This document shows positions 1 to 13,185 of a stretch of DNA of 64,000 nt, piece after piece. Within the stretch, counting starts at the first letter, position 1, and each line of letters opens with the position of its first letter. This DNA is from Lama guanicoe (lineage: Eukaryota): positions 620,001 to 684,000 of the forward strand of contig MU054212.1 of the NCBI GenBank assembly GCA_013239625.1. Reading direction: 5' to 3'. The position numbers and the translations under genes are program-made. The notes beneath the pieces were generated by a model. It ran no database searches. It was given only the letters and a program-made list of their open reading frames with translations, and was not told where the DNA came from.

Positions 1-272
1 GCGGAGCCATCCGCATGCAGGTGAGACCCTGCGTCTGTTCCCGCACAGCTGGGCACAGCTGGGCACAGCCAGGCCAGCAGGACCTGAGGGACCCTCTCCA
101 CGCAGTCCGTTCTCAACAGCAGCCCAGAGACCCCCAGAAAGAGTTCTCCTTGACACAGGGAGCAGCAGCGTCTCACCAGCTGTGCTTTCTTCCTTCCATC
201 GCCCCGACAGGGCGCTCCGAAGCCCAGGGCTGGGCTCTCCCGCAGCAGCCCTGGAGTCCCCTCGTCCTGGGC
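1..272 (-). other. TMEM241: TMEM241 3' UTR (partial; runs off the window)
   Basis: Follows the stop codon. No AATAAA on the minus strand within 1-272. Confidence 0.8.
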
Positions 273-333
273 TTAGGAGCCCTTCCGCTCCGAGAAAACC
301 AGCAAGGCCTCTCCAAGTCCGCTGAGCAGGAGG
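273..333 (-). CDS. TMEM241: TMEM241 terminal exon, coding part: (C)LLLSGLGEALLVFSERKGS*
   Basis: Acceptor tcttgcatttctcacag|C. TAA stop at 275-273. Matches the recalled human C-terminus LLLGALGEALLVFSERKSS. Confidence 0.95.
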
Positions 334-3300
334 CTGTGAGAAATGCAAGAGGTCAGCTTTCCACTCCCTGGAGCCTGGAGGCTGTGGACGCACGGAGCTG
401 CCTGGTACCCACAGACCGCAGGGCAACGGATGCTCCCTCATCCTGCAACCGAACCTCTCATCCCGGCCCACCCCACCCCACTTCGAGGTCAGGTCAGGGA
501 CTGTCTGGGTCGCCCGGAAAACCTCAGCTCTGCGGGGGGAGGGGAGTGGGTGCAGGGTGGCTATACTTTCCCTCAGGGAAGAAGGTGATGTGTCCCAACC
601 GTCCTGACCAGGAGAAGGTGACTGCACTTCGTTAATGCTCTCCAGTGAAAATACAGAGAAGGGCTTCCCACAGAGCTGCCTGGTGCTCTCCGCTACAGAG
701 GGTGGATGGATATGAAACCATGCAGGTATCCATAATCTCATTATTAAGCTGTTAATCTCTGAATCCTTTTATTTCATTTAGACTAACAGAACATTTAAAG
801 GCAAAATACTAATGGGGAATCATGAATTTCCCATGAGAACAGAAAGAAATATGGTCACTGATCTGCAAATAAAAGCATAGCAGAACTGAAGATTGTGAGA
901 AAAAAAGGAGCTGGGTATCTTAACATGCCTAAAATGTAACACATCCAAAGGTCCACACATTTTCCACATTAAACTTCTCAGTAGACAACCTGGTGTCAGT
1001 CTGAATCCCCTGTTATCCCTCCCAAAGAGCACTTGTGAGGGCTGGGCCATGAAGTCAAGATTATGACAGGGTCTCTGATGATAAAATGCTCTTGTTCAGA
1101 GGTGCCAACAGCCCTTTCAATCCCACCTTCTCCTTTTGTTCTCCCATTCATCCATCTGTTTCCCACTCCTCCTATATACCCACACCCAACACGCACACTG
1201 GCTAAGACACCTCCGTATTTCTAACATGTATCTGGGGCACCAAGTGTATGAAACACACATTAAGTTGTGCACATCACATTCCTGGTGAAAAATGTCACCA
1301 ATGTGGGTGACGCTGACATAAAGATAACTTGGACCATGGACCATGGACCACTTCCAGCACAGGAAAGCATCAACTACTTGTGTGAATATAAAACAATAAG
1401 CTGAGTTCAAACAGTGCTCGGACGTTCGTTAGCTACATAATCCCGTGCACGTGATTCAGCTCAGTTTCCTCAGCTGGACCACAGGAGACGGTTACCTCTA
1501 ACAGTCCTGTGAGGCTTAGGAGGACACACTTGAAGCAATCTGCCCCCGTGTGTGGACTACAATGGACAAGCTGTAAAATACTATTCCTTTCCCATCGATT
1601 GCCCTCCCAGAGCAGGGATCCCTTCCTCACAACCAGCTAGCTTCCCGAACGCTGCTTGAAGACTCCTAATAAAGGACACATCCTGCTTTGCAAGGTAAGC
1701 TCCAGCCATGGCATTCAGGCATGCATCTACAGGCACCTTACTCATGGAAGGCCCTGGGCACGTGGTTCCTCCCTCCAGGAGGAAGTCTTGCCTCAAACTG
1801 ACCCGACAGCTGCTTCTTACATCCTCGCCGGGAGCTACTCTCTAGGGCAACAGAGAACAAATCTACGTCTCCGTCACCCACCTGTCAACCCTAGAGAGTG
1901 GAAAAATGCTCTGAACCACCCCCACCTCCTCTCCCTGGTGATTTAAGGCCTCTCTCTGGGTGAGGACAGACAGGTGCTCGTCAAGCAGCCAGTCCCCGAG
2001 GAGTGGGCTGGGAGGACGTGCCCAAGCCCAGCTAACAATGGGGAAGGGGTGGAGAGGGGCACGAGGGAGATGTCTGCCTGATTTCTTAAGCTCCAAGTTG
2101 GAGTGGACTTTCCTCTTTCCAATAGAATTATTATAACTAGTGACAATAAGTCAGTGAATTCTCTTGAATGCACACTGAACTCGTAACAGCGCTGCTGAAG
2201 CTTGTCTACATTATGAACCAAATACATTTCTGAGGACTTCCCTAGACCTGTAATCATCATCTCTAGGATTGCTTCTGGGATAAACTGGGGCCCAAGTTCC
2301 AAAAGACCATATTTTGAAACATGACCCATTTGTGCTTGTTCCTGGTCAAGTTCAGGGGCAGACCCCGGTGCTGGCGGGTTCTACCACCCCTTCTCTTTGG
2401 CTGAAGATAGAACCGGGAAAGGGAAGCCATTAATCTCATACACAGGCTCACTTCTAAAGACCTGGCTTTTCCTTCTAAGCGGATCTGATTTTCCCTTCAA
2501 CGTCCCTTAAAAAACGCACACACCGTCTTCCTAACCCCCTGGGCAAGCGCAGAGTCACGGTGACCTGATGCAAGATCTGTACAGAACTGGCTTTGGAAGA
2601 GTTTTATCTCTGCAAATGTAACAGGGGGCTCAGTCACTTCCACTAATCCTCCTTAATCACCAAGGAGAAGAACAGGGTATCGGCTGGCTCGTTGCCACCC
2701 TCACTCCCGTAGCCTTAGAACAATGCTGAAGTGCAGTAACCTGGCATTTCATCCCTTTGGCTTAGCGATTTAATGAAACACCAAGCGGCTTAGGGAATGC
2801 TGACATGAAAACAAACCTGGTTCCGTTTACTGTGAAGACAGCCGGGGAGGTGAGCTTTGATGCTGTTTTCTAAACAGCGGGAGACACTGACACGCAGTGC
2901 AGGAATCTTAATAGCATTACAACTGTTTAAGTCAGAGCTTTACTGAACTGTTTGCAAATCTTGTAATCCCCATCTTTCCTGAAGTGAACAAACTTCATGT
3001 AACTAAGGCATAAACATCAGATTGCAGAGCAGAGCCGTCCAGAAATAGCCATCACTAGCTTCTCTTCCAGGCGGTTATTTTCAGCATCTCTCCAGTCCTT
3101 CTCTTTTCTCTCATCGGGAGCCAAAGGCCCCATCTCAATTTTACATTTATTATGCGGTGATTCAATGAATGCCTATGGTACCCACCAGATGGAGGACACA
3201 GACTGTGTCCTTTTCCCAGCTGGAGGCCTCGCACTTTCAACACCCAGTAAATATTTGCTCAATGAGTAAAGGAATTCTTATACCTGCTCCCCCTTCTCCC

Positions 3301-4451
3301 ATCTAGATTCCAAACTGTTTTTTTTTTTTCTCTTTTCCTCTTTTCCAAAACTATGGACCGCTCCCTTGGGAACTTGCTGAGTGATAGACTGTTCACAATC
3401 CGATAAATGGTAATGAGCATTGTTACTTAGAAGGCCCTTCTTAGCACTTCAAAGAGGGGGTTTCAAATTTTTAATTCAGATGGAAACTGGATCAAGTTCA
3501 GACACTGTGTTCCTAGGTGCATTTTAGGGTGTGTTGGGGGAAATTCTTTCTTCACCCCTGAATTGATTCTTCCTACAAATAGACTTGGGCAGTCTCCAGG
3601 CAGTCCCCGAAAATTAAAGGCATAGATATCTTTACTCAGAGATGATGCAAGATCATTTTCTAAAGACTGTTGGTGTTGCTGAAGTTGGGACTAGGATCAA
3701 GTTCAAGCGATCCTCGTGCTGGTAACCCAGGACCAATGACGGGTTCGCTGAATAATGGGCAAAGGAGAGAAGGGGGTCACGAAATCCTACAAAGAGCCTG
3801 TGTTTTGGTTATTCCTTTCTCTCCTTGTACCTAAACTATTTCACAGAGAGGAGCGACTCTCCTAATCTAAAGAGGAGTCAAAGAGGAGGCACCCACAACT
3901 AATTCTACTCGACAAGGACACTGCTCAGGGTTCCGAATCTTTTTCTTTTGTATCTGTTCCTTGGACGAAACTTTGGAATAGAGGGCATTCACAGTGATAC
4001 ATACCCTAAAATGCTGTTAAGTTAAAAATGAATAACTAAACATTAATCTGGATATTTAAATTACCTTGCAATAGATTGTTTTTATAATTAAAAACAAGAT
4101 AATTAGCTGGACAGGAGCAGTTGCTTTTAATTAAAGGCTTTAAAAGTTGACCAATGTTGGGGGCTTGTTAAGTTTATAATTTTTCTTGGATACATGGCTT
4201 AGAAGTTTGGACCTGTTGATTAATGCCAGGCATTAAAGGTGAATGAAGGGGAGCGCTCAGCCAGCAGGTAGGTGGAGAGTGCACACCTGTGTGGTCAATG
4301 CTGGTGGCTGGACACAGAGAGGGTGGGGGCGCTGCTGAGGACTTGACCCTGGAGCCAATCCAAATCTCTGATTAGGAGATAAGCAAGTTCCTTAAGACCT
4401 TGCTGCAATTTCAAATGCCATTTCTCCACTAACCGCCACAAACTTTTAGAT

Positions 4452-4670
4452 CCGTGAATCCCCAATTGGGGCGATTCTGCCCCCAAGGGAACCTCTGGCA
4501 ATGTCTGGAGACATTTTTGGTTGTTACAACTGAGGAAGGTGGCTACTGGCATCCAGTAAGGTGGGGCTCAGTTTTGCTGCTAAAAATCCTACAAGGCATA
4601 GGATGGCCCCTCACAACAAAGAATGATCTGACCCAAAATGTCAACAGTGCTGACAGTGAAAAACACTACT
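4452..4670 (+). mobile_element. MER20 (hAT-Charlie DNA transposon), near full length
   Basis: Diagnostic ggcaatgtctggagacatttttggttgt...ctactggcatc...cacaacaaagaat...cccaaaatgtcaa. Confidence 0.9.
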
Positions 4671-6529
4671 TTAGACAATGAGCGATTTTGTGCATCTAAG
4701 CTGTTGCCCACCCAAGAAGGTGGATGAGGACATGTGCCCTCGTGTCCTAGATGGAGACCTTGCTAGGGTCACAGACTGTGTCTGTAGCCTCAGAGCCTGG
4801 CAGGCACTTGTGGAATGAATGACCACACAGGCAAATAGAGGGAGGCCATCAGCCGAGTCGGGGTCCTCAGCCTCAGCCCGCCTGCTGACTCGGAGAGCCC
4901 ACGTGAAGGGCAGCCTCTTCCCATTTCAGCAACTGCTCCTCAAATTAACAGCTGTTCCACATTTTCAAAAGAATCTGGAAAGCTGGACTTTTATGGGGAA
5001 ATCATCTGATCTCTAAATGTTGACTAATTTGAAATTTGAAAATCAAAAAAGAAGAAACAATAACTATACAGGCAAACACAGTAGGTCCAAACAAAACAGG
5101 CCTGCAGCCCTGCCTTTTGTAACTTCTGATCCGTCTAAGCTCCCACAGGACAGAGACCAGCCACGAATCCCTGCACAGGATCTGAGAGCTGGTCACCCAG
5201 TCCCAGCTTGAACACACCCAGTATATGGACCATGAAGACCAGCTCCGTGCCAAAGACAGGAAATCTGAAATACAGTCTGACACTCCTCTCCTGGTGGTTC
5301 ACTTTGTGGTTGGAAAATTCTTTGAGGCTGAAAACATACCATCCTTAAACTCGAGAGTTCTAAAAAATCAGGAAATTCCAAAGTCAAGGTTCCTTTTGCA
5401 ATAATCACACATGCTGTTTCCTTGATTTGGGTACACACAGCCTTTCTTTCCATCTTGTTCAGGGCATGCCATGAAGTTCACAGGATGTGGAACAGCCTGG
5501 AGACACGGCCTTCCACAGACGGCGGCTGTAACATTCAGAGTAAGCACGTCCTCCCCATTGAAGAGTGAGCTCAAGCTTATTTCTCACACTCGGTTCAACA
5601 TCTGGGTTGGTTTGTTTTTTTTTTTAGTTCTTTCTGCAATTATGCACAAAATATAGTCAATGAGACTAATTTATAAGTAAGAAAAATACCGTCTAGAATT
5701 TAGATGATCACTATGAAGAAATATACAGAAATTTGGGGAAGGGTCTCAAGGATACCAGGATATCTTGGCAGTTGGGTTTTTGGATGTCAACCTGCCCACC
5801 ATTTGTGTCCTGATTTCCCAGGACAGGCGGGGAGGAAGAAGGAGGCAGCAGGACTAGCTCCCTGCTCCTCAGCCCCAGCTCCAGTTCCAAATCGTTCAGT
5901 CTCACCATTGGCACCTCCTGCCCCTCCACCCATCCCTGTCTTCCTGGGGCCAGAGGGACCAAATTCTTTTCCACCCACAGTCTAGCTATTCCCTTCTGCA
6001 GAAGGTCCAGTTTCAAGCCAGTTCCAAGGCCCTCCTGATCACCCCTTCAGTCTTCACGTCCATCATGCAATCAAACAGTTACTATCTGATCACGCACATT
6101 AGCTCTGTGACTTCTCCTTCTCCTGAAAACTCCGAGGGCTGGATGATGCCTTATGCTTCTTAGTAACGTCCATGTACTTTGCACACAGCACTCAATAAAT
6201 ACTGGTTAGCTGATTGGTAGAATTATAGCTTATAGTATTAAAACTCTAAGGCAATGAGATCCTTTTCCTAAAAATGTTCCACTGGACATCTCAGTTCACC
6301 ATGTCAGCCCCTGAACAAAACCAGAGCTGTTCCGTCCTGGGTAACGCTCCCTCTGTACTGCTGCCGGATCATCCAGATGCTCGTTATAAATGATCAGACT
6401 GGTGGGAAGAGGAACATTTAGGCCAATGTCTTTTCTACCTCCCTATGACCCATTTCTGTCGAGACACTGTCTCTGCTGCTGCTAAGCCCTTGGTGTTTCC
6501 CAAGTCATTTCTAGGGGGGCATGTGAGGT

Positions 6530-6750
6530 TTATGGGATCCTGGACACACACAGACCTGGATTTGAATTCTGGTCCAATCACCTAGTAGCTCTAAAATCCT
6601 GGGAAAATCAATTAAATGTCCCTGAAACTCAGCTTCTTCATTGTTAAAAATGGGGATAACTTGGAGGGTTGTTGTGAAAGTCAGTGAGATCATTTTATTT
6701 TAAAAATGGCTGAAATACAGTAGTTGTTCAATAAACAGTTACTATTATTA
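6530..6750 (+). mobile_element. MIR SINE
   Basis: agacctggatttgaattctgg...ctcagcttcttcattgttaaaaatggggataa core, and 3' ttcaataaa...tattatt end. Confidence 0.8.
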
Positions 6751-8309
6751 AAAAAGGAGGAGAGATCAGGACAAGGAAGAAGAGGAAGGCACAGTAGTAT
6801 TTCCTAATTTTTCTTTTCCTTCCATTTTTCCTCCTGGGGCAGGAAATGCCCCCATTAGGGGATCCTGAAAGAGAGTGAAAATTCTTCATTGATTGCGGTG
6901 AGCAAAAGGATTCATTTCTGCCCATCTGAATGGTTTACATACAGACCTGCCCTCAGGCAGGGGGAGGAGCATCTACAGACACCCAGGGAAGTGATTTTTC
7001 ACCTTTTCCAAGAGCTGTCCCTGGCCCTCGGGAAATACCTGTTTACTGAACAAACCCCTTCCAGCCCCAAGCCACACGAGATGCAAAGTCACCTGTTAGA
7101 CCTCCTCATGGTGGTGTCCCCTGAGCCTGCTTCTGCCCTCACGCTTATCCTGCAGCAACTTCCTACTGAGGTTTAAAAATGTCACCACTGTTTCGGTGCT
7201 ATGAGGGCACCAGGAGATTGTTCACAAGACGTCCTGGGAGAGGGGAGGCTGCATGGGCACACCGGGCACTGTGGTCCTTGCGTAAGCAGGTGACAATTCT
7301 GCAGGTCCAACGGGCAAATAAAAGCGAAAAGCAGAGGGGCCAACCCTTAGGATTACTCTCATCCCAAATACGAGAAAAAAATTCCGATTTTCTAGAACTA
7401 TGCCTTATTTGAGGAAAGCGTTTTAAACAACAGTTGTTTTTTGTTTCCATCATGCTGGTAAAGAAATGTAAAAACCTATTCCAAAACTTGTCTGCATTTC
7501 CATTTTGGAGCCCCATTCCTGGGCAGGGGTGCAGGGGGCCATACCAAACAATATATCCAAACCGGAATGGAAATAAGCATTCTCTTCAAGTGGCCCTTGG
7601 CTTGTTTTTCTTTTTAAAACAGAGGTTAGGAGACCAGTAAGTAGCACCAAAAAATAGGAATTATGCTCCATAATGTGCTGTGTTAGTGACTCAGGCCAGG
7701 CAGCAGGCAGCAGGCAGCCGTGGCCACAGGAAAGGAAGGCTGTGTGTCACCAGAGCAGCAGCCTTTAGGCCGGGCGAAGACTCAGCCAGGACTAACCCAC
7801 CCCAGGGACCCAGCAGCTCATCTTGCTCAGCAAGCACCACTCGGTGTGGTTTCATTTTGCAGACAACGGAGCCCTCCTCACTCGCACGGACACCCCTGAC
7901 CGTACAGTCCAACATTTTCACCACTAGCTCCAAACTGGTGTGAGTTCTGGTAAGTGGAGACAGTGGACGCAGAGGACAACAGACCTTTACTTTTCACTTG
8001 ATGCTTTTCTGTATCGTCTACTGTATCTCACAAATAGCATGCATTACTACATAGCTTTAAAGTACATAAGTATATACCCCCCAAAGTAAAGTGTGCCCAC
8101 TGGTAAGGGGAGCAACAGTGATCTTCACAACTTAAACTCACCATTACTCCCCACCTTGTCTCCTCCTTCCCTGAAAATGACAACCAAAATCCTTGGTAGT
8201 GATCATATCAGCTGGTTTGAATATTAGCAAGTGGGAATAGATCAAAGTCCTAACTTGGTTATCTCTCCAATGGGCAGTCCGTGTAGAGAGTTCAGAGGTA
8301 GAACCCTAC

Positions 8310-8635
8310 AGCCTACCTTCCATACAGCAGACCAAGGAATGTGTTTTTAACATAGCCCCACGTGGCTCCTCTGCTCAAAATCCTCTGACTACTTACCCTA
8401 CCCCCACTCAGGGTAAAGCCAAGCCCTAAAATGGCCTTTAAGACCACACATGGTCAGCCATCAACTCCCGCTCCAGCCTTCTCTCCTACTCCTCTCCCCC
8501 TATCAGCCTGCTCTGGCCACACTGCTCTTTGAGCAGACCAAGCACACTCCGACCTCAGGGCCTTTGCACGTGCTGTTCCCCCACAATGTCCCCATAGCTC
8601 ACTTCCCCATTCCTTCAGGACTGTCTTCAAATATG
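8310..8635 (+). mobile_element. L2 LINE fragment (L2a-like)
   Basis: ctcctctgctcaaaatcctc...ctcagggcctttgcacgtgctgttccc motifs typical of the L2 3' region. Confidence 0.8.
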
Positions 8636-8758
8636 GGGGTGGGGGAGGCAGTTCTGTCTTTAAGAAAATAGGCAGATGCATTCCAAATGAGGATGATCTG
8701 GAGCTTGCCTAAGAGAAAATGAATTGAAGGATCAAAGGAAAAAAACAAACATAGTTAT

Positions 8759-8795
8759 ACACACACACAAACACACACACACACACACACACACA
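8759..8795. repeat. (AC)n microsatellite, one interruption
   Basis: Directly visible, about 18 units. Confidence 0.95.
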
Positions 8796-8796
8796 A

Positions 8797-8985
8797 TTAG
8801 TGGTTCACCAATAGTGGTTACTCTTGGGTGGATGAGTGGCTGAAAGGTGTACTGGTGAGGCTCTATTTCCTGCTCTGGATGCTGGCTGTAGTAGGTGTGG
8901 TATATTCAGTTTGTGAAAATGCATCAAGTTGCATATTTATATATATGCACTCTTTTGAATGCATATTTATATGTCAATAAAATAT
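8797..8985 (+). mobile_element. Old L1 (L1ME-like) 3' end
   Basis: aatagtggttactcttggg...ctctatttcctgctctggatgctgg...tcagtttgtgaaaatgcatcaag...tcaataaaa. Confidence 0.7.
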
Positions 8986-9089
8986 GTCCCCAAATCTCAC
9001 ACCCTTTCTTTAACATTTGAGAGCAAATATTAGTACCCTGAGGAAACCCAAACAATTACTTTGCTTCTTCTGCCTCTGTGCAGACTTAC

Positions 9090-9154
9090 CATCCCACGGT
9101 GGCACTGGTCAGGATCATATCAAACAGCAATATGGATAAACCAGCTGTGACCAC
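9090..9154 (-). CDS. TMEM241: TMEM241 coding exon ~14 (65 nt, phase 0-2): VVTAGLSILLFDMILTSATVG(C)
   Basis: Acceptor attatttctgcag|GTG, donor ATG|gtaagt. Hydrophobic segment matching recalled human IITAGLSILLFDAILTSATTG. Confidence 0.95.
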
Positions 9155-10997
9155 CTGCAGAAATAATTTCAACAAAGGCCATCAGAGCAGTAGGACCTTG
9201 GTAACCTTCTCCAAGGCCATTCACAAGCTGAGATTGTGCTAGTTCAGATCCCAGACATAAGCCATGTCTTCCCACTCCATGTCCTTCCACCCCCACACTT
9301 CCTAGTCCGCTGCATTTAACAGAAAATGCTAAGTCCTAGTCTATTCTGAGGTGAGAATCTTCACAGAAGCATTTAACTTCCCAACTCTTCAAAAGAGGAG
9401 GCACACGGCCAACATCTCACTCATCTCTCTCCAGGGCAGGGGCAGAGCAAGAATACCCATTTCCATCTTGTCTCAAGTGTGCAAAAATAATCCCCCAGCT
9501 TAGAAGTACTCATTAACCTGCACCCAGATCCTCTAGCTAAAAAGCCGGCTGTCAACCTGCCTTTTCCTATGGCACCGTCCCTCCCTTGTCCTAATGCCCC
9601 TGTCTTTCTGGCTTACAACATAGTCTAAGAAACCAGGTGCTTCCTCAGGGAGGGAGCAATTAAATAATGAATTATTTGCAAATATCTAGAGGCCAAAGGA
9701 GAGGGAAGAGGTTACCCTACATCGCTCAAAGCTAGAAATTCTAGAACAGCAGTAACGGGACCCAGACTCCCAAGGTGCCCCTAAACAGTAAGCACAAAGA
9801 GTATTTGTGAACCAAAGACCCAGCTCTGTCAGTGCTTGGAACGTCTGCTCAGGAAAGATGATTCTTCCCCGAACCCCACACTCTGGAGTGCAAGCCGGCT
9901 CCCATCAGGAAGGTCATGCTAGGGGCTTGCTTCCGTGCAAAGACGAGAAGAACGAACCAGGCTGTCCTGGGATAGGCCACCCAGGCCGGATGCCCTTGGA
10001 GACGTCAACTGTCATCTCACTCAAGGGGACGTCATGTCCTGTCTTGGAGGCCTCTCTAGGTCCCAAGCTGGGAACAAGGCAGCAAGCAGATGGTCAGAAG
10101 GAAGGAGTATGTTTAATGAGTTTCATCTTCATTCATTTACTGTCTCAAAAAGAAGTCTGGAAATATAAACCAGGAACCTTCAGTATAGAAACTTCGTGAG
10201 ATTTTAGAACCTTTGTAGCAGTTCACCTCTCTTGAGGTCACTTTCTGTTTGCTTCCCTTTATTGATTTGCAGTGAAAGCCTCGACAACAAAAAGGGAAAA
10301 AAAAGCAGGGTCACAGAGATAGTTGCAAAGCAGAATGCAAAGGACAAGAGGAAACCGCTTTCTCCAAGTGAGTGGTGGCTTTTATCTTAAATAGCACGAT
10401 GAATGGAGCTCTTCTCCCCCTGTCCTCCCTGCGGCTGGTTTGACATTTCATTTAGGACTTTTGCACGTACGGTCATAAATTGGATCCTCTTGCAATGGAA
10501 TTGTCTGGTTTTGGAAACAAGGAGACACAAACCACACAAGTCAGTTAATCAGGCTTCCCTGCTTCTTTTCCTGTAAAGGACGCACATGGTCTTTGCTGTG
10601 GAACTGAGCTTGGACCTGAACGCCTCTGGACCTGGAGCTTCTAGTTGGCGTGGCCTTTAACAGCCACTGTCCTAATCAAGCCTTTTCTCTCTCCTGGATC
10701 CATGCTTGCCATTTTCACTTTTTAAAAAAAAATTTTTTTTTTCATCTAGGTTGTCCAACTCATTAACACTGAGCTGTTCGGAGAAATATTACTTTATCTC
10801 ATTTGTGCCCATTTGATCACCTTCCCTTTTATTTTACCTTTAATTGTCATTTTCTCTTACTTTTTTTTCCCCCTTCCCTTCCTTAATTGTAACCAAAGTT
10901 AATCTCGTTAATCCCCCTTTACTTTTGCAACTTGGACATTTCCTGGGACGGTGCCAATGGAGACATATTTCTTGGGATTGCTGAAAAGGGCTGGGCT

Positions 10998-11095
10998 NNN
11001 NNNNNNNNNNNNNNNNNNNNNNNNNNNNNNNNNNNNNNNNNNNNNNNNNNNNNNNNNNNNNNNNNNNNNNNNNNNNNNNNNNNNNNNNNNNNNNN
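10998..11095. other. Assembly gap (98 N)
   Basis: Run of n. Confidence 1.
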
Positions 11096-11236
11096 TCTCA
11101 TATGGTATTTTTCTTTCTCTTTCTGGCTTACTTCACTTAGAATGACATTCTCTAGGAGCATCCATGTTGCTGCAAATGGCATTATGTTGTCGGTTTTTAT
11201 GGCTGAGTAGTATTCCATTGTATAAATATACCACAT
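11096..11236 (-). mobile_element. Young, 5'-truncated L1: ORF2 C-terminal region, continuing into the gap
   Basis: Uninterrupted MWYIYTMEYYSAIKTDNIMPFAATWMLLENVILSEVSQKEKEKYHM, the canonical L1 ORF2 C-terminal sequence. Confidence 0.93.
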
Positions 11237-11524
11237 ATTTTACCTTTAATTGTCATTTTCTCTTACTTTTTTTTTCCCCCTTCCCTTCCTTAATTGTAAC
11301 CAAAGTTAATCTCGTTAATCCCCCTTTACTTTTGCAACTTGGACATTTCCTGGGACGGTGCCAATGGAGACATATTTCTTGGGATTGCTGAAAAGGGCTT
11401 CCTTCTACTGATGGAGGTTAGTGATGGCAGTTACTGGAAGAACTCACCACATTTCTGAAGCCTTTCTTAACTCTTTACCATTGTCTTCACCCCCTCCACC
11501 CCTTTTACCAGATCATTTTTTCCC

Positions 11525-11615
11525 CTTTTTTCCCAACTTTATTGAGGAATACTTGACAAATGTAATTGTATGTATTTAAAGTGTACAACACGATGATTTG
11601 ATATACATATCTGTA
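11525..11615 (-). mobile_element. L1 (L1MA/MB-like) extreme 3' end
   Basis: aactttattgagg...ttgacaaat...aattgtatgtatttaaagtgtacaac..gatgatttgatatac. Confidence 0.75.
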
Positions 11616-12799
11616 CATGGCCTTCTCTGACTGCCCCCTTCCCATGACTTCAAATTTAGTCTGTGGAGCCATCACCTCCCACATGCACTGCAGCAGTCAT
11701 AGCCAAGGACTTGTGCCTCTGCTCCTCTGTGGGTTTCTTCAGCTTGGGAGGAACCTTGTCTTCAGTGAGACAGACAGCTGGCCTGTTTGTTCCTATTAAA
11801 TGCACCTTTTGCCAAGAAAAACACCTCTCAGAATTTTCAAACCAGCCCTGACTTGAAAATAAGGTTGCTTTCGTAGCCGGACTGGTGCCTTTCCATCTGC
11901 TGCTTCCTGGAAATGTTTGTGTGGTCTCCTGCCTTTCTCCTCAGTCACTCTTTCAAACGTCTCTAAATTTTTATCTCTCAATGAGCAAATTTTCTGCTGG
12001 CTGAGATGCTCAGTGAAATTTCACAAAGAGGTCTGTGTCATTTCTGTAGAGAACACGTTTGCTCTAGAGAGCTACTGTGGAGTTGGATGGCCCACTGTCT
12101 AATCTATTTCCAGAAGAGCCCTCAGTTTCTTAGGCTTCTCTTCTCTTCTTTACGTCCATCACCAGCCCAAGCAGTCAGCTCTCTTTTCGGAAGCATTTCC
12201 CACCCCACCCCCAACCTCCCCATTCACACACAGCACCAGAGCTCTACCACTTCATGGAAGTCACTGGTTAAGGGATGAGTAGCAGCTGACAACACGTCAC
12301 CGAGGGGCAGATACCGGGCAGCCCGACTGACCCACTGAACGACTTGCTCCCACACGTCCACCCCACTGTATATGAGCTTCAAATTCATGCCTCAGCAAAG
12401 CGACCAGTTTCCATATGCCATGGGCCGTCAGGGCTGCTCAAGAGCACTGGAAGTTGTGAGTGATAAATCTGCTTGTGTCAAGAGTCATCCCCACTTCAAA
12501 TTCCACTGAAGAACAAGCAGAAGCCAGGAGTGGCTAACCGTGTGCTGGGTTCAGAGTGTCCCATGCACGGGCCCCTAAGGGGCAGAACCTGAGGGGTGAA
12601 ACTGACTGCCTGAGCTCAGAGGTGTGGAAACTGTGACCCAGAGATGAGGTGCGACTTGTTCCAGGGGACCGGCTACTTCACGGCAGGGAGCAGTGGGACG
12701 AAGGCCCTGATTCCCAGGTCAGCCTTTCTCCGAGCTAGAAACTCAAGAAGGGACCCACACGAGCTCCGTGCAGCTTTTTTGAAAATAAGAATCCACTGT

Positions 12800-13185
12800 A
12801 AGCAGGGACTCAAACAGATATTTGCAAACCCATGTTCATAGCAATATTATTCACAATAGCTAACCCAAGTGTCAATCAATGGAGGAACGGGTACACAAAA
12901 CATTATGTGTGCATGTGTATGTACATATATGTAAAAATGTATATATAATGGAATATTATTCAGCCTTAAAAAGGAAGGAAATTCTGACATACACTACAAC
13001 CTTGTGAAATGAGCCAGATACAGATAGAGAAATACTGTGATTCCACTTATATGAGGTACTTAGAAGAGCCAAACTCAGAGACTAGAATGGAAGGTCTAGG
13101 GCCCAGGAGGAATGGGGAATTAGTGTTTAATGGGTACAGAGTTTCAGTTTAGGTTGATAAAAAAAATTCTGGAGATGGATGTCAG
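12800..13185 (+). mobile_element. L1MB-like 3' fragment
   Basis: cccatgttcatagca..attattcacaatagc, aatggaatattattcagccttaaaaaggaaggaaattctgaca, tttaatgggtacagagtttcagttt. Confidence 0.88.

Larger units (their letters stand above)
10830..11399. repeat. ~163-bp near-identical direct duplication (10830-10992 and 11236-11399) flanking the gap and L1
   Basis: The copies are identical by eye except T8 versus T9 in one homopolymer. Confidence 0.95.

Noticed and set aside
43..69. 10-bp tandem repeat (gcacagctgg x2.7) in the 3' UTR
   Set aside because: Too short to distinguish from a neutral micro-duplication.
15..635. 206-aa plus-strand ORF, the longest in the track
   Set aside because: It is antisense to the TMEM241 terminal exon and UTR in GC-rich DNA, has low-complexity P/S/G/Q composition and shows no recognisable domain.
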